From positions 10,245 to 74,244 of IMG/VR virus record IMGVR_UViG_3300034418_008158: a DNA stretch of 64,000 nucleotides; one strand, 5' to 3'. Below the pieces are notes generated by a model. That model was not told the origin of the DNA, did not search any database, and saw only the letters and a list, made by a program, of their open reading frames with translations. Shown piece after piece: positions 19,778-28,910 of this stretch. Every line of letters begins with the position of its first letter. Position 1 is the first letter of the stretch. This DNA comes from a virus. The translations under genes and the position numbers were made by a program.

Positions 19778-21045
19778 TCAAAAGTTTTATAAGTTATTTT
19801 ACTAGGGTCAAAACTTTCAAGAGTAAGTTTTGTCCAAACTTCATCTTGAGTACCCTCAATACATAAAACCCACACCTTTGCTGCGTACTGTTTCTGACTT
19901 AATAAAGTCCTACATATCTTTTGAGATGTAGAGCCATTTCTATCAGAATCACACTGTACAATAATAAGATGATCCAATCTTTTAAAGGTGAAACCTGTAC
20001 CACCCATATTTACCATTGCAATTGTATCTTCAAAGCCATCTAAAAACCCATCTAGATTTGTTCTGGTAGTTTTGCTATGGAATGTGCATTCAGGAGATAA
20101 TATCTCTGCTTGTTCAATACTATTACAAAAGATAATTTTTCTTTCCCCCTCAAGTCTTTGAAGAAGAGTTTTTGCTACATCTGTTTTTAATTGTGAATCT
20201 CCTATGTAGCGTTTTCTAGCGATTAACATACTCTTGTGATAAGGTAAGTGTACCTTATCATCTGTAAATCTATACTCTGTACCTTCAATAACTACCTTGC
20301 CAGTATATGTACCATCCTCTTTTACTACAAAGTAGCCCATAGTTCTTTCATCTTTACCAATAATGGCAAAAAGTCTTCCCCCATGTTTAGGTTCTCTTTC
20401 AGATAGACCAAGACCACCTTCTAATTGTCCTTTTAGAGTCAGATGTGTTTCATGATATTCAAATGTAGCCACTGTTTTGCTTTCAATGGCAGCTTGTACT
20501 TGACTATACTTTTTCATCTTTTCTCTGTTGTAAGGAATTTTTAAAACGGTAACTTCATAGTTAGCCAAAATACCTAAATCTACAGCAGTATTGATTTTCA
20601 TTTCATAAAGAGTGCCTAGATTCAAGGCTTTATAAAGATTCAATTTGTTTTTATGTTTAGTTGGTGTACCAGTCATAGATAAAATAGAATCATAGTTGCC
20701 ATTCTGAATCAATTTTTGAGAATTTAACTCTGTAAGATGCTGTTCTTCATCCAATATAATGAGATCAAATTTCTCTTTTATCTTTGGTAAAGAACTATAA
20801 GTTACAGTAGTAAGTCTTTTAAGGTACTTCTTAGCCCCCCATGTTATAAACTCTTCTGGTATTTCCTTCTTAACTAAATTAGCTGAAGGAGATACCCAAA
20901 GAATAGACTGAGGCTTAAATTTCTTTATTAACTGTATTGCAATTCGAGATTTACCTACTCTAGGGGCAAGTAATAATCTCCCATGCAACTCTTCTACAGA
21001 ATTAACAATTTCATTTTGGATTCTAGTCTTTTCTTTGTTTGTCAT
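19774..21045 (-). CDS. superfamily 2 helicase (UvsW/ResIII-like)
   Basis: APRVGKS, ILDEEQH, MTGTP, IIFCNSIEQA, QKICR. Confidence 0.85.
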   Translation of the reverse strand: MTNKEKTRIQNEIVNSVEELHGRLLLAPRVGKSRIAIQLIKKFKPQSILWVSPSANLVKKEIPEEFITWGAKKYLKRLTTVTYSSLPKIKEKFDLIILDEEQHLTELNSQKLIQNGNYDSILSMTGTPTKHKNKLNLYKALNLGTLYEMKINTAVDLGILANYEVTVLKIPYNREKMKKYSQVQAAIESKTVATFEYHETHLTLKGQLEGGLGLSEREPKHGGRLFAIIGKDERTMGYFVVKEDGTYTGKVVIEGTEYRFTDDKVHLPYHKSMLIARKRYIGDSQLKTDVAKTLLQRLEGERKIIFCNSIEQAEILSPECTFHSKTTRTNLDGFLDGFEDTIAMVNMGGTGFTFKRLDHLIIVQCDSDRNGSTSQKICRTLLSQKQYAAKVWVLCIEGTQDEVWTKLTLESFDPSKITYKTFE

Positions 21046-21069
21046 AAAACTTGATTTAAAGTGTATAAG

Positions 21070-21088
21070 AATTAGTGGGGGTTTTGAA
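21070..21088 (-). promoter_or_regulatory. phage promoter-like motif copy 1 (TTCAAAACCCCCACTAATT)
   Basis: Exact repeat, intergenic, about 25 nt upstream of a minus-strand start. Confidence 0.75.
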
Positions 21089-21106
21089 GAGAGAGATAGT
21101 AACTAA

Positions 21107-21388
21107 TCAATCACACCCTTTTCTGTAAGTTTTAATAATGTCTTTAATTACTTCTGGAATTTGTAAATTATAAGGGCTCCCTTCTGGAGATAGTCTCCAC
21201 ACTATTTTTTCATTAATATCTACAGATAATAGATTTTTAATTAATGATGAAAGAGCTTCAACAGTCACCTCTATGTCCATTGTGTAGTGCATTGTATTTC
21301 CCCCTTCCACTAGTTCATAGCCCATAGTATCAAATAAAGTTTGTCTAACAATATTATCTAAATTAGCTCTTGTTTGCTCATTTTCCAT
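21107..21388 (-). CDS. hypothetical protein
   Basis: 93-aa ORF in a tightly packed operon. Confidence 0.55.
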   Translation of the reverse strand: MENEQTRANLDNIVRQTLFDTMGYELVEGGNTMHYTMDIEVTVEALSSLIKNLLSVDINEKIVWRLSPEGSPYNLQIPEVIKDIIKTYRKGCD

Positions 21389-21390
21389 AA

Positions 21391-21594
21391 TTAAGGTGTC
21401 TTTTTTGCTTTTAAATAACTAGGCCATTCAATTTTACCTGTTTCAGTGTTAGTGATTTTCGCTTTTTTAACTCTAGCTCCATCACCAGAGTTAAGATAAA
21501 CACTAGCAAGTTGTTCTGCTTTAGGTAGAGTATCCAATTCTTTTACTGGAGTCCAATCAAATTCTCTATTCCAAACTATTTCTACTAGGTACAT
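21391..21594 (-). CDS. hypothetical protein
   Basis: 67-aa ORF with AT-rich leader. Confidence 0.55.
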   Translation of the reverse strand: MYLVEIVWNREFDWTPVKELDTLPKAEQLASVYLNSGDGARVKKAKITNTETGKIEWPSYLKAKKTP

Positions 21595-21611
21595 AATTAA
21601 ATTTTAAAGGT

Positions 21612-21794
21612 TTACGTTAAAGGAGTGCTGGCTACAACTTTAGCATAACCAGCAGTCAAAGTCTTTTCATTTTTAAGACGAGATTCATAAAGTGCTTTAG
21701 CCCCATCTTCATTTTCTGTAACATAATAGTCACTTTCAAGTCTTGAATAGCCACTAACATCTTTCTTTTTTACAGTCCAATATATTACCCACAT
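21612..21794 (-). CDS. hypothetical protein
   Basis: 60-aa ORF with AT-rich leader. Confidence 0.5.
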   Translation of the reverse strand: MWVIYWTVKKKDVSGYSRLESDYYVTENEDGAKALYESRLKNEKTLTAGYAKVVASTPLT

Positions 21795-21986
21795 AATTAA
21801 TCAACTATTTCGGATTCTATATTAACAAGAAGACCTTTGCCAACAAGGATGTTAGCAACTTCTCTAGCTGCTCTATCATTTGCATGAGTTCCTATGTTTC
21901 TCCATTCTTTAAAGTCTGAAGGGTCTTCTTCGTTTAGCCTATTGGCTGGAATAAAAATAACGATATAACTTTTCATAATTTAATTT

Positions 21987-23882
21987 TTAGTGGCATTCTG
22001 CATAGTTGGTTCCCCAATCTACAGAGATGCCGATTTCAACATTAAGATTTAAATCAACATTAGTTTCTCCCATTGCTTGTTTTAACAATGGCTCTACAAT
22101 AGTTTTTTGTTCTGCTTTACAGTATAAAAGTATTTCATCATGATATTGCATACATATCTTAATGTTATACTCTTTCAAGAATTCTCTACATTTACGTACC
22201 CAAGTATCAAAGACATATACACCAGTAGATTGATTAAGAGTTGAGAACTTATCTTTATCCTCTTTTAAAAACATCCAAAAACCAGATACAGGATTGTATA
22301 ACCATTTCTGCTTGTAAAAAGTCTTAACTACACAAGCATCAGCAGTTTTCTTAATTGCTGCATTACGTTTCCAATAAGTTTCATGTAACAATTTACCAGC
22401 CTCTAAAGGTTTCTTTAAAGTCTCAGCAATCTTTGCAGGCCCAGCACCATAAGTAGCACTAAAGTTAACTGTTTTTGCATCTGTTCTGATGTTCTTGATC
22501 TCCTTATACCTTACTTTATCTGCATGAGAAGCTGTGCTTTCATCATAAGCTTTAAAAAATTCTGCATCTTCTTCAGTAATCATTTCTCCAACTAAAGCAA
22601 TATCAATATGAGGATCAAAGTTTGGAACTCTCATTTCTGTCACATACTGTGGATCAAAGAAATAGATGTAATGCTGCTTAGTATTATCTTCAAGACCAGA
22701 TATATCAGAACCACACATTAAATACTCTTCACTAGGCACTTTTAAACACCCCCTTACTTCCTTACCATAAGGTTTATAAACACCTGGCAAATTAGCAATA
22801 GGTTTCATGTGTTGTAACCTAAGAGTATTTGTAAAACCATGTGCAGTACTATATACATATCCATTCTTATCCACTACCTTTAAGAAAGATTTCATGAGTC
22901 CAAGTCTATGCCTTGCCATATAAAGATTCTCTAACTCTTCGAGCCCAGGATTATCTTCATATAAGGCTTGTACACTAGGACAAATACCTTGACCAAAAGG
23001 TAAAGATACTTGTGGTACTTCTTTCTTAGTTGCTTTAGAAATCTTAAAAGTCTGAGGTTCCCAATTTAAAGTCTTTAACCACTCTTTTAATTGAGTAGGT
23101 GATGCAGGATTAGGTAATTCTCTGATAACTTCTGTCTCAAGAGGTAAGCCATATTCAGTTAAAGCACTATACCACCTAAGAGCCAAAATAGATGGAGTAC
23201 CATCTTTCTTAGTCATCTTAGCAGGTTTGGTTTTAATAACTTTTCCTAAAGACTCTGGCATAATGTTGATAAGACTATCCATCTTCTCCTCTAATACCCA
23301 CTCCAGGTGTAACTTAGTCTCTTCTGCAAGTTGTGTATCAAGTTTAATCTTTACTTCTTCCTGATCACGTAAACATTCAAGTTTAAAGTTTAGATAACCT
23401 ATTAGTCTTTGTATTCTATAATCATTCCCTGAATAAATAGCTGATAAGTAGCTATACTGCTTATGAAAAAGTGTAGAGTTAATCTTGACATCTTCTTCAC
23501 ACCTATGTATATACTCTTCAATTGATAGATTATTCCAATCTTCAATTTCAGGCTTAGATATTCCAAAATCTTCTCCCCACCATTCTAGTCCATGCTTTTT
23601 TCTATAAGGATATAAATACCAGGATAATCCAAGAGTATCAATGTATTGATTCTTAATAGTTATACCTAGTATAGTTTCAATAGCAGGAATATCATACCTT
23701 ATGATATTGTGACCTATGAAAAATAAATTTTGTTTAAAATAGTCTACTATGTCTTCATATTTTGTTAAAGTTCTCTTTTCAGAAAATTCTCCATCAATAT
23801 AAGTTTCATAACTTAAACAATGTATCTTAGTTATCGTATCAAGAAGTCCATCAGCCTCAATATCAAATATGCTATATTTCAT
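21987..23882 (-). CDS. polA: family A DNA polymerase with 3'-5' exonuclease
   Basis: FDIE, GHNIIRYD, motif A DISGLE, motif B R..AKTVNFSATYG, motif C YHDE. Confidence 0.95.
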   Translation of the reverse strand: MKYSIFDIEADGLLDTITKIHCLSYETYIDGEFSEKRTLTKYEDIVDYFKQNLFFIGHNIIRYDIPAIETILGITIKNQYIDTLGLSWYLYPYRKKHGLEWWGEDFGISKPEIEDWNNLSIEEYIHRCEEDVKINSTLFHKQYSYLSAIYSGNDYRIQRLIGYLNFKLECLRDQEEVKIKLDTQLAEETKLHLEWVLEEKMDSLINIMPESLGKVIKTKPAKMTKKDGTPSILALRWYSALTEYGLPLETEVIRELPNPASPTQLKEWLKTLNWEPQTFKISKATKKEVPQVSLPFGQGICPSVQALYEDNPGLEELENLYMARHRLGLMKSFLKVVDKNGYVYSTAHGFTNTLRLQHMKPIANLPGVYKPYGKEVRGCLKVPSEEYLMCGSDISGLEDNTKQHYIYFFDPQYVTEMRVPNFDPHIDIALVGEMITEEDAEFFKAYDESTASHADKVRYKEIKNIRTDAKTVNFSATYGAGPAKIAETLKKPLEAGKLLHETYWKRNAAIKKTADACVVKTFYKQKWLYNPVSGFWMFLKEDKDKFSTLNQSTGVYVFDTWVRKCREFLKEYNIKICMQYHDEILLYCKAEQKTIVEPLLKQAMGETNVDLNLNVEIGISVDWGTNYAECH

Positions 23883-23888
23883 GGTATT

Positions 23889-24173
23889 TTAGATTGAATT
23901 TATAGAATAAATAAAGATATTGTTATACCTCTTACCATTCTTTTCACTCCCTTCAAAAGAAAATTCAATAGTGATAAAATCACCAATAGCAATATGCTCT
24001 AATGCTGCTAAGTTGTGATTCCTAAGTTCAGGAAATAATTTCTGATTGTCTGGTGAAACAATAGTTAGGACTCTTTTGTACAAATCTTTATTTCTTCTGG
24101 GTAATTGAACTAAGTCTCCTATATGTTCTAGTGTTCCACTAATAGTAAAATATTGCTTTTTCATAAAATTCAT
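23889..24173 (-). CDS. small OB-fold protein (DUF3127/SSB-like)
   Basis: ISGTL, IGDFITIEFSFEG, GKRYNNI pattern. Confidence 0.65.
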   Translation of the reverse strand: MNFMKKQYFTISGTLEHIGDLVQLPRRNKDLYKRVLTIVSPDNQKLFPELRNHNLAALEHIAIGDFITIEFSFEGSEKNGKRYNNIFIYSINSI

Positions 24174-24174
24174 T

Positions 24175-25467
24175 TTAAGTGTTATAAAGTACTAATACTT
24201 CTGCTGCTCTAGTTACTGCTGTATAAAGAAGTCTTTGTTTTTCTTCTTTTGTTCTATTTCTACGAATATCTCCTACATTGACAATGGTTTTAGTAAAGGT
24301 ACTGCCTTGGCTTTTATGAACAGTTAAAGCATGATTATATTTCAAATCCGCAAATTGTTCAATAAAAGTATAGTATTCAACCCATTCAATTATTCTATCT
24401 TTACAAAGTTTTTTCAGTCTGTATTCAAGAGCTTTAATTGTGGTTTCTGAATCTTCATGTACAACAAGAATTCCAAAAGGAGCTTTCTCGTTAACTTTAG
24501 TCTTTTCAGACACATTTATACAATACAACTTTATGTCAAAGTCTTCATACCCTTTGTAGCCTGTAAAAACTCTAAATTTATGAGTTAAAATTTCCAGTTC
24601 TTTTACTATAATTTCTTCATTAGTAAAAAACTGAGAAGCATAAGGAGTATTGAATATTAATGATTCTCCAAGTTCCACTTTTTTAGGATTCTTGTAGATT
24701 TCTTTTCTGACAAAGAAATTAATATTATCAACTTCCTTATTAGTCCAAGCTAAATACTTTAAAGCATCTGTGCCATTAGCTTCAGCTAAAGCTTTAATGA
24801 TTCTTTCTCTATCTTGTGTATGAGAATACCCTATATATTTATCATCTTCCCCCTCTACTAAATTACTAGACTTTCTGGAAATCCAATTAAGGTTTCTACT
24901 AAGATCAATTATTGGGTTTCCAAGACCTTGACGAATAATTTCAGTCAATTCTACTTCAGGATAGTTTCGTTTAAATACTGGTGAATCTAGTTCTCCTACA
25001 GGATTGATTTGTTTATCATCCCCTAAGAAAACAATGAGACAATCCTTTTCAGCATATCTTTCAATGTAGTTGATGAGTTCAGTATTAAGCATAGAACTTT
25101 CATCAATAAAAAATCTTTTCACACCTTTTAAAGGTGGGTAATTAGGACTGAAATTAGGCTTAAAACTAATCTTTCCTGTCCTTCTATGAATACTTCTTTT
25201 CAGCTTTAAAGCTGAATGTGCAGTAATAAAAGTAATGTGTTTTCTTCCTTCTATGTCTATTTTCCTTCTAAGGATAGACAAAGCCTTATGTGTTGGAGCT
25301 GAAATATAAGTAGGTTGTGGCCCAAATCTTTCAGTCAACATCATTTCTAAATAGTCTGCACCAAAAGTTTTACCCACACCAGCACTACCTTTTAGTACTA
25401 GTTTATTAAAACGAAGCAATAAATTCAGACCATCAGTAAGGACTTCCCTTTGATGCAATGTTAACAT
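24175..25467 (-). CDS. Dda/RecD-like SF1B helicase
   Basis: GSAGVGKT, APTHKA, IDESSM, GDDKQI.PV, LTEIIRQ, TVHKSQGST, YTAVTRA. Confidence 0.92.
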   Translation of the reverse strand: MLTLHQREVLTDGLNLLLRFNKLVLKGSAGVGKTFGADYLEMMLTERFGPQPTYISAPTHKALSILRRKIDIEGRKHITFITAHSALKLKRSIHRRTGKISFKPNFSPNYPPLKGVKRFFIDESSMLNTELINYIERYAEKDCLIVFLGDDKQINPVGELDSPVFKRNYPEVELTEIIRQGLGNPIIDLSRNLNWISRKSSNLVEGEDDKYIGYSHTQDRERIIKALAEANGTDALKYLAWTNKEVDNINFFVRKEIYKNPKKVELGESLIFNTPYASQFFTNEEIIVKELEILTHKFRVFTGYKGYEDFDIKLYCINVSEKTKVNEKAPFGILVVHEDSETTIKALEYRLKKLCKDRIIEWVEYYTFIEQFADLKYNHALTVHKSQGSTFTKTIVNVGDIRRNRTKEEKQRLLYTAVTRAAEVLVLYNT

Positions 25468-25534
25468 TTTGTTATAATTTAGATAATAAAAAAAGAAAAG
25501 AAAGTCAACCTATTATAGGCTAACTTTCTTTTTG

Positions 25535-26026
25535 TTAAAGAGTTTTAAGTGCTTGATCAATTATGACTAACACTTTTCCATTGACTTCTGCTTCTATTTC
25601 AGGAGACATATAAGTATGCTCCTTACTTGCCTGTCTTAAATCCTCATCTTGACTTTCTCCATAATGGACAGAGTTTCGATAGTATTGGACTTTGCCATTT
25701 ATATCTAGGACTAATTGTCCATGTAAGGGATGATCTTTAGGAAAGCGTATAGCTTGATTATTAGCTATGAAGTCAAGAGTTACAGGGCAATCTGGGTTTT
25801 CTATTGCTTTGACATCAGTTACATTTAATAATGGCTGATTATCAATTGTCATAGAAATCTCTGAATCAAGACTGTTTAATTCATCTTCAAATTCCTGCAT
25901 ATCTGGAAAAGGCTCCTGTAGAACCATAGTGGCTTTTCTTTTTTCATTAGATACTTCAACTGAAATAGTGTTTTCAGGTTGATACACATCTATGAAATAT
26001 TTAACCACTTTCAATTTTTTATTCAT
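25535..26026 (-). CDS. hypothetical protein
   Basis: 163-aa ORF followed by a hairpin/U-run at about 25488-25533. Confidence 0.65.
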   Translation of the reverse strand: MNKKLKVVKYFIDVYQPENTISVEVSNEKRKATMVLQEPFPDMQEFEDELNSLDSEISMTIDNQPLLNVTDVKAIENPDCPVTLDFIANNQAIRFPKDHPLHGQLVLDINGKVQYYRNSVHYGESQDEDLRQASKEHTYMSPEIEAEVNGKVLVIIDQALKTL

Positions 26027-26035
26027 AATTTAAAT

Positions 26036-26599
26036 TTATGAATTATTTACTAGTAATAAAAGTTTTAAAGATGAATTTTTTACACAAAAATCATGTAAAA
26101 TTTTTCTCTCCGTACTCATATTACCACTCACAAAATCCGAAAACTCTGCTCCCCAACTTCCATAGTATTTAGAAGTTAGATAAGCATACCCTTGCCCCCA
26201 ATAAGCTTCGCCTTTATTACTTACTTTTGAATTTTTAGTTTCATAGATGTATAATACTTCATCTTTAAAACAACCAAAAGTAATGCAAAGTTTATTAGCT
26301 TTACTAGCAACTCCAAACTCTGTATGCTGGCCTCTACCTATTTCTTCAATAACCCTTTTAAATCCAAAAGAGTTGTCCTCTTCAAGAATAGGAGTCATAT
26401 CATTGGATAGAAATAGTACCACATCTGCTTTTAATAAGTCATTCACAGTATATGGTGTTGTTTTATCCCAAGTATCAACTATATAGTTTTTATATTCTAT
26501 ATAGTTCTTAATCTCTTGATATAACACCTCTGGGTAATCCAGAGGTTTACTGATATAGATTTTTACCCTACGCCTCTTCTTCTGAGAACAGCTCATCAT
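26036..26599 (-). CDS. nucleoside 2-deoxyribosyltransferase/TIR-like Rossmann-fold protein
   Basis: KIYIS, LLKADVVLFL, GRGQHTEFGVA; C-terminal KLLLLV. Confidence 0.45.
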   Translation of the reverse strand: MMSCSQKKRRRVKIYISKPLDYPEVLYQEIKNYIEYKNYIVDTWDKTTPYTVNDLLKADVVLFLSNDMTPILEEDNSFGFKRVIEEIGRGQHTEFGVASKANKLCITFGCFKDEVLYIYETKNSKVSNKGEAYWGQGYAYLTSKYYGSWGAEFSDFVSGNMSTERKILHDFCVKNSSLKLLLLVNNS

Positions 26600-26864
26600 A
26601 AGTTTCTTTAGCTATTTGGATTTGTGCATCCAGCATTTTCATTTCCACTTGACAAGCTTGGTATTCTTCATTCCAAGTGTCTTCATTAACATTTTCTAAT
26701 GTTATTGAAAGTAGTTGTTCTTTTTTTGAGATTTGTTCATCTCTTTTTTCCTCTAATTTGTCCATTAGAGTTCCTTGCTTACGATATAATGCTTTTGCTT
26801 TACGTAATGCTTTGTTTTTTTCTACACTCTTTTTTGACTGTGTTAAGATTGCTAAAATTTTCAT
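26568..26864 (-). CDS. coiled-coil hypothetical protein
   Basis: 98-aa helical ORF. Confidence 0.6.
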   Translation of the reverse strand: MKILAILTQSKKSVEKNKALRKAKALYRKQGTLMDKLEEKRDEQISKKEQLLSITLENVNEDTWNEEYQACQVEMKMLDAQIQIAKETYDELFSEEEA

Positions 26865-26882
26865 AATTTTAAGATTTAATAG

Positions 26883-27215
26883 TTAAGAAATTAATAATAA
26901 TAAAGAACAGCGATAATTCTTGGGAGAATTTTGATTCAGCATATAATGTTTATGTCGATCATGAATCTGCCAAAATACAATTTTACCTTGATAATCGTTA
27001 AGCTTATTCATTGGAAACTCACAGAAAAAACGATTAACATCAGTAGGATGATCTCTTACAAAGTTATATTCCTGTGTTGATTCCTTGCTAAGTCTGTACA
27101 TTGTACCATTGTAGTTGATTATGTACCAATGAGTACCTCCATCGCTATAAACTAAGCTAAGATAACCATTGGTATTTTCAAATATATTCCAAAGTTTGAA
27201 ATCTTTTGGTAACAT
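26883..27215 (-). CDS. hypothetical protein with C-terminal SLLLLI motif
   Basis: Start MLPKDF at 27215, downstream of promoter motif copy 2. Confidence 0.55.
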   Translation of the reverse strand: MLPKDFKLWNIFENTNGYLSLVYSDGGTHWYIINYNGTMYRLSKESTQEYNFVRDHPTDVNRFFCEFPMNKLNDYQGKIVFWQIHDRHKHYMLNQNSPKNYRCSLLLLIS

Positions 27216-27254
27216 AGAAAACGCATTTATATAAAGTGAGAAAATAGATATAAA

Positions 27255-27273
27255 AATTAGTGGGGGTTTTGAA
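27255..27273 (-). promoter_or_regulatory. phage promoter-like motif copy 2
   Basis: aattagtgggggttttgaa exact copy. Confidence 0.75.
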
Positions 27274-27309
27274 GAGAAATTCTTCACCTGAAATAAAGAA
27301 AATAGCATC

Positions 27310-27625
27310 TAAGTGGCTTGCACATTCTCCAACGCTGCACACCCTAAAGTGCTTGGCCCTTGATTGCTAAGTTGGACAGCCTACGCCTAACATCTGTCCT
27401 GTTATCCTCTTATGATAGTCTTCACGATAGGGAAGTTATATATCACTGAGTCAAAATATTCCTAGAAGCTGACGCTGGTTATCTACCCTCCTCACACCAT
27501 GTAATCATGGATAACGTCCTTCAGAGTGGGTCAATGAAACCTTTTACGCATAGGAATAATTCTTTTCCATCACCACCTCTCCCCAAACACTAGTTCATTT
27601 GGATCATAAAGGTGGGTCAAGACTT
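27310..27625 (-). ncRNA. putative structured ncRNA downstream of tmRNA
   Basis: ORF-free and GC-elevated; helices CCACCU/AGGUGG, AUUCCUA/UAGGAAU, CCAUG/CAUGG, GGACAG/CUGUCC. Confidence 0.45.
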
Positions 27626-27633
27626 CTTAATTG

Positions 27634-28137
27634 TGGAGGTGAAGGGATTTGAACCCTTGTCCAGACATAGCTGCAAAATACAGATTATACAAGCTTTTGT
27701 AGCTGTTCATGTACATTTAACTGGTAGCAATTACAATCTCAAAGAGATAGTCACTAGCACTACTGAGTTTCTTCATTATTTGATTCCTTTATAAACTCTA
27801 AGATAGGAATAGGACTAACCGAAGTTAATCTCCACCATTTACTTTTGAAAAAAGTAACAAAACAAATTAAGAGAGTGTGACACGCCAAACAGTCACATTT
27901 ATGAGGTTGATTTAGCCTAATCCTCCTCTCTAAAAAACTACGCTGCTACCAAAGAATTAACTTTAGGAGAAACATAGATTGCAGTCAGCATATTATGCTC
28001 GTAAGCATTCTTCACCTCTGCGGTATTAATTGATTTGCCAATTAACGGTTCAGTGTATTTTATATAAGTTAGGATAACACCATCCTTCTGCTTGTCTATA
28101 AGTTACACTCTACCCTGTCGATGCCAAGTTCACCCCC
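27634..28137 (-). ncRNA. ssrA: tmRNA (504 nt), tag GKSINTAEVKNAYEHNMLTAIYVSPKVNSLVAA
   Basis: 5' GGGGGUGAACUUGGCAUCGAC; 3' AAGGGUUCAAAUCCCUUCACCUCCA; acceptor stem with G3-U wobble and discriminator A; tag frame 28039-27938 ending AA-stop. Confidence 0.93.
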
Positions 28138-28139
28138 TT

Positions 28140-28305
28140 GCAACCTAGTAATCAGTACTGATTTGCAGAGCCTAGGCTAAACTTATTTTTGCTTTAAAAA
28201 TAAGGTCATGTTGTACCTCCCACTTCAACAACACATAAAGCTCCTGGTCTTCTGAACTGCCTAATGTTTAATTAGTGTTCAGTCATGGGCCAGGATTGCA
28301 CCCTA
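28140..28305 (-). ncRNA. putative small structured RNA/leader upstream of tmRNA
   Basis: Nested helices UCCUGG/CCAGGA, CUGAAC/GUUCAG, CUAAU/AUUAG; further CUUAUUUUU/AAAAAUAAG and CCUAG/CUAGG stems. Confidence 0.35.
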
Positions 28306-28310
28306 ATTTT

Positions 28311-28811
28311 TTATCTTCTAGCATATCTTAATGCCTTTGCATTTTGATAGCCATTGTATATTCCACCATTCCACATGGCTTGTACTTCAATCTTTGTGGG
28401 AATTCTATTGTACTTCTTTAAGTACAGTATTATTCCTTTTTCCAGGTATAGGTGATAGATTTCAATACTCTTTTGAACATTTAATCTATCTTCAGAAGTA
28501 TAGTTAGTACCGTATGTTTTATTAACATCACGAACACAACACATTCTTATCTGAATAATACCTAGAGCAAAATCAACTAGATGAGTATCTCCTTTAGCAG
28601 AAGGATTACGATTAGGAGTCTCCTTATCCATAATCTTCTCTAAGACACTCTTAGTTAATTTAATAAAAGGTTGATGTCTTGCTGTAACTACCACTTCTGG
28701 TAGTGCAGCAATGTAAATAATTTTTTGTGTCTTCTCAAGTGCAGTAATTGAAGGGAATAAAACTACTGAGAATAATAGGAAAAATATACTACCTATGATT
28801 CTTTTTATCAT
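28311..28811 (-). CDS. exported lysozyme/lytic transglycosylase-like protein
   Basis: Signal/anchor sequence; E..N..A.GD, GIIQIR..CVRDVN, DR....KSIEI, WNGG. Confidence 0.75.
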   Translation of the reverse strand: MIKRIIGSIFFLLFSVVLFPSITALEKTQKIIYIAALPEVVVTARHQPFIKLTKSVLEKIMDKETPNRNPSAKGDTHLVDFALGIIQIRMCCVRDVNKTYGTNYTSEDRLNVQKSIEIYHLYLEKGIILYLKKYNRIPTKIEVQAMWNGGIYNGYQNAKALRYARR

Positions 28812-28910
28812 AATATCTATTTTGTTTATCTTCAAACAAATACCTAAAGACATGCTTTTTGCATTGTCTAGCTACTTGTCTGGCAATTTTTAAAAACGTA
28901 GTTTTCTTCT

